From: Camelus ferus
Taxonomy: Eukaryota
NCBI RefSeq assembly: GCF_009834535.1
Contig: NC_045696.1
Coordinates: forward strand, 77,006,001 to 77,070,000
Direction of reading: 5' to 3'
DNA: 64,000 nucleotides
The notes under the pieces: model-generated
Told to the model about the DNA's origin: nothing
The model's input: only the letters and a program-made list of their open reading frames with translations
The model's database searches: none
Made by a program: the position numbers and the translations under genes
In this document: piece after piece, positions 63,991 through 64,000 of the stretch
Position numbering within the stretch: position 1 is the first letter of the stretch
How the letters are laid out: every line of letters starts with the position of its first letter

Positions 63991-64000
63991 ATAGGTCTGT

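Noticed and set aside
1..64000. CRISPR arrays, operons, defence systems, non-retroviral viral insertions or a novel multi-gene system
   Set aside because: The DNA is mammalian. I saw no repeat-spacer arrays and no long ORFs outside the L1 and the retrocopy, and the remaining short ORFs look random.

Overview
Mammalian non-coding, AT-rich, repeat-rich DNA. It is probably camelid, judging by four tRNA-derived SINEs that resemble Vic-1. I found no protein-coding exon of a host gene. The window opens inside a young LINE-1 on the minus strand with an intact 5' end: CpG-island 5'UTR, ORF1 broken by three homopolymer frameshifts, and ORF2 (EN-RT) with one nonsense codon, running off the left edge. 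The best non-TE find is an intronless, doubly truncated retrocopy of the 3' coding end of CARMIL2/RLTPR at about 12.4-12.96 kb. It has no visible poly(A) tail, and compensating frameshifts leave a 182-codon ORF open. The rest is solo LTRs (ERV1-like, MLT1, ERVL-like), short L1 3' ends with TSDs, ancient L1M/L2/MIR/MER fragments and microsatellites. A few TE-poor stretches carry CpG clusters, CTCF-like motifs, a degenerate hammerhead/Penelope-like motif at about 53.18 kb and a candidate + strand exon at about 63.3 kb. I see no convincing previously undescribed multi-gene system. Repeat-family and gene assignments come from recalled consensus sequences, not from database searches.
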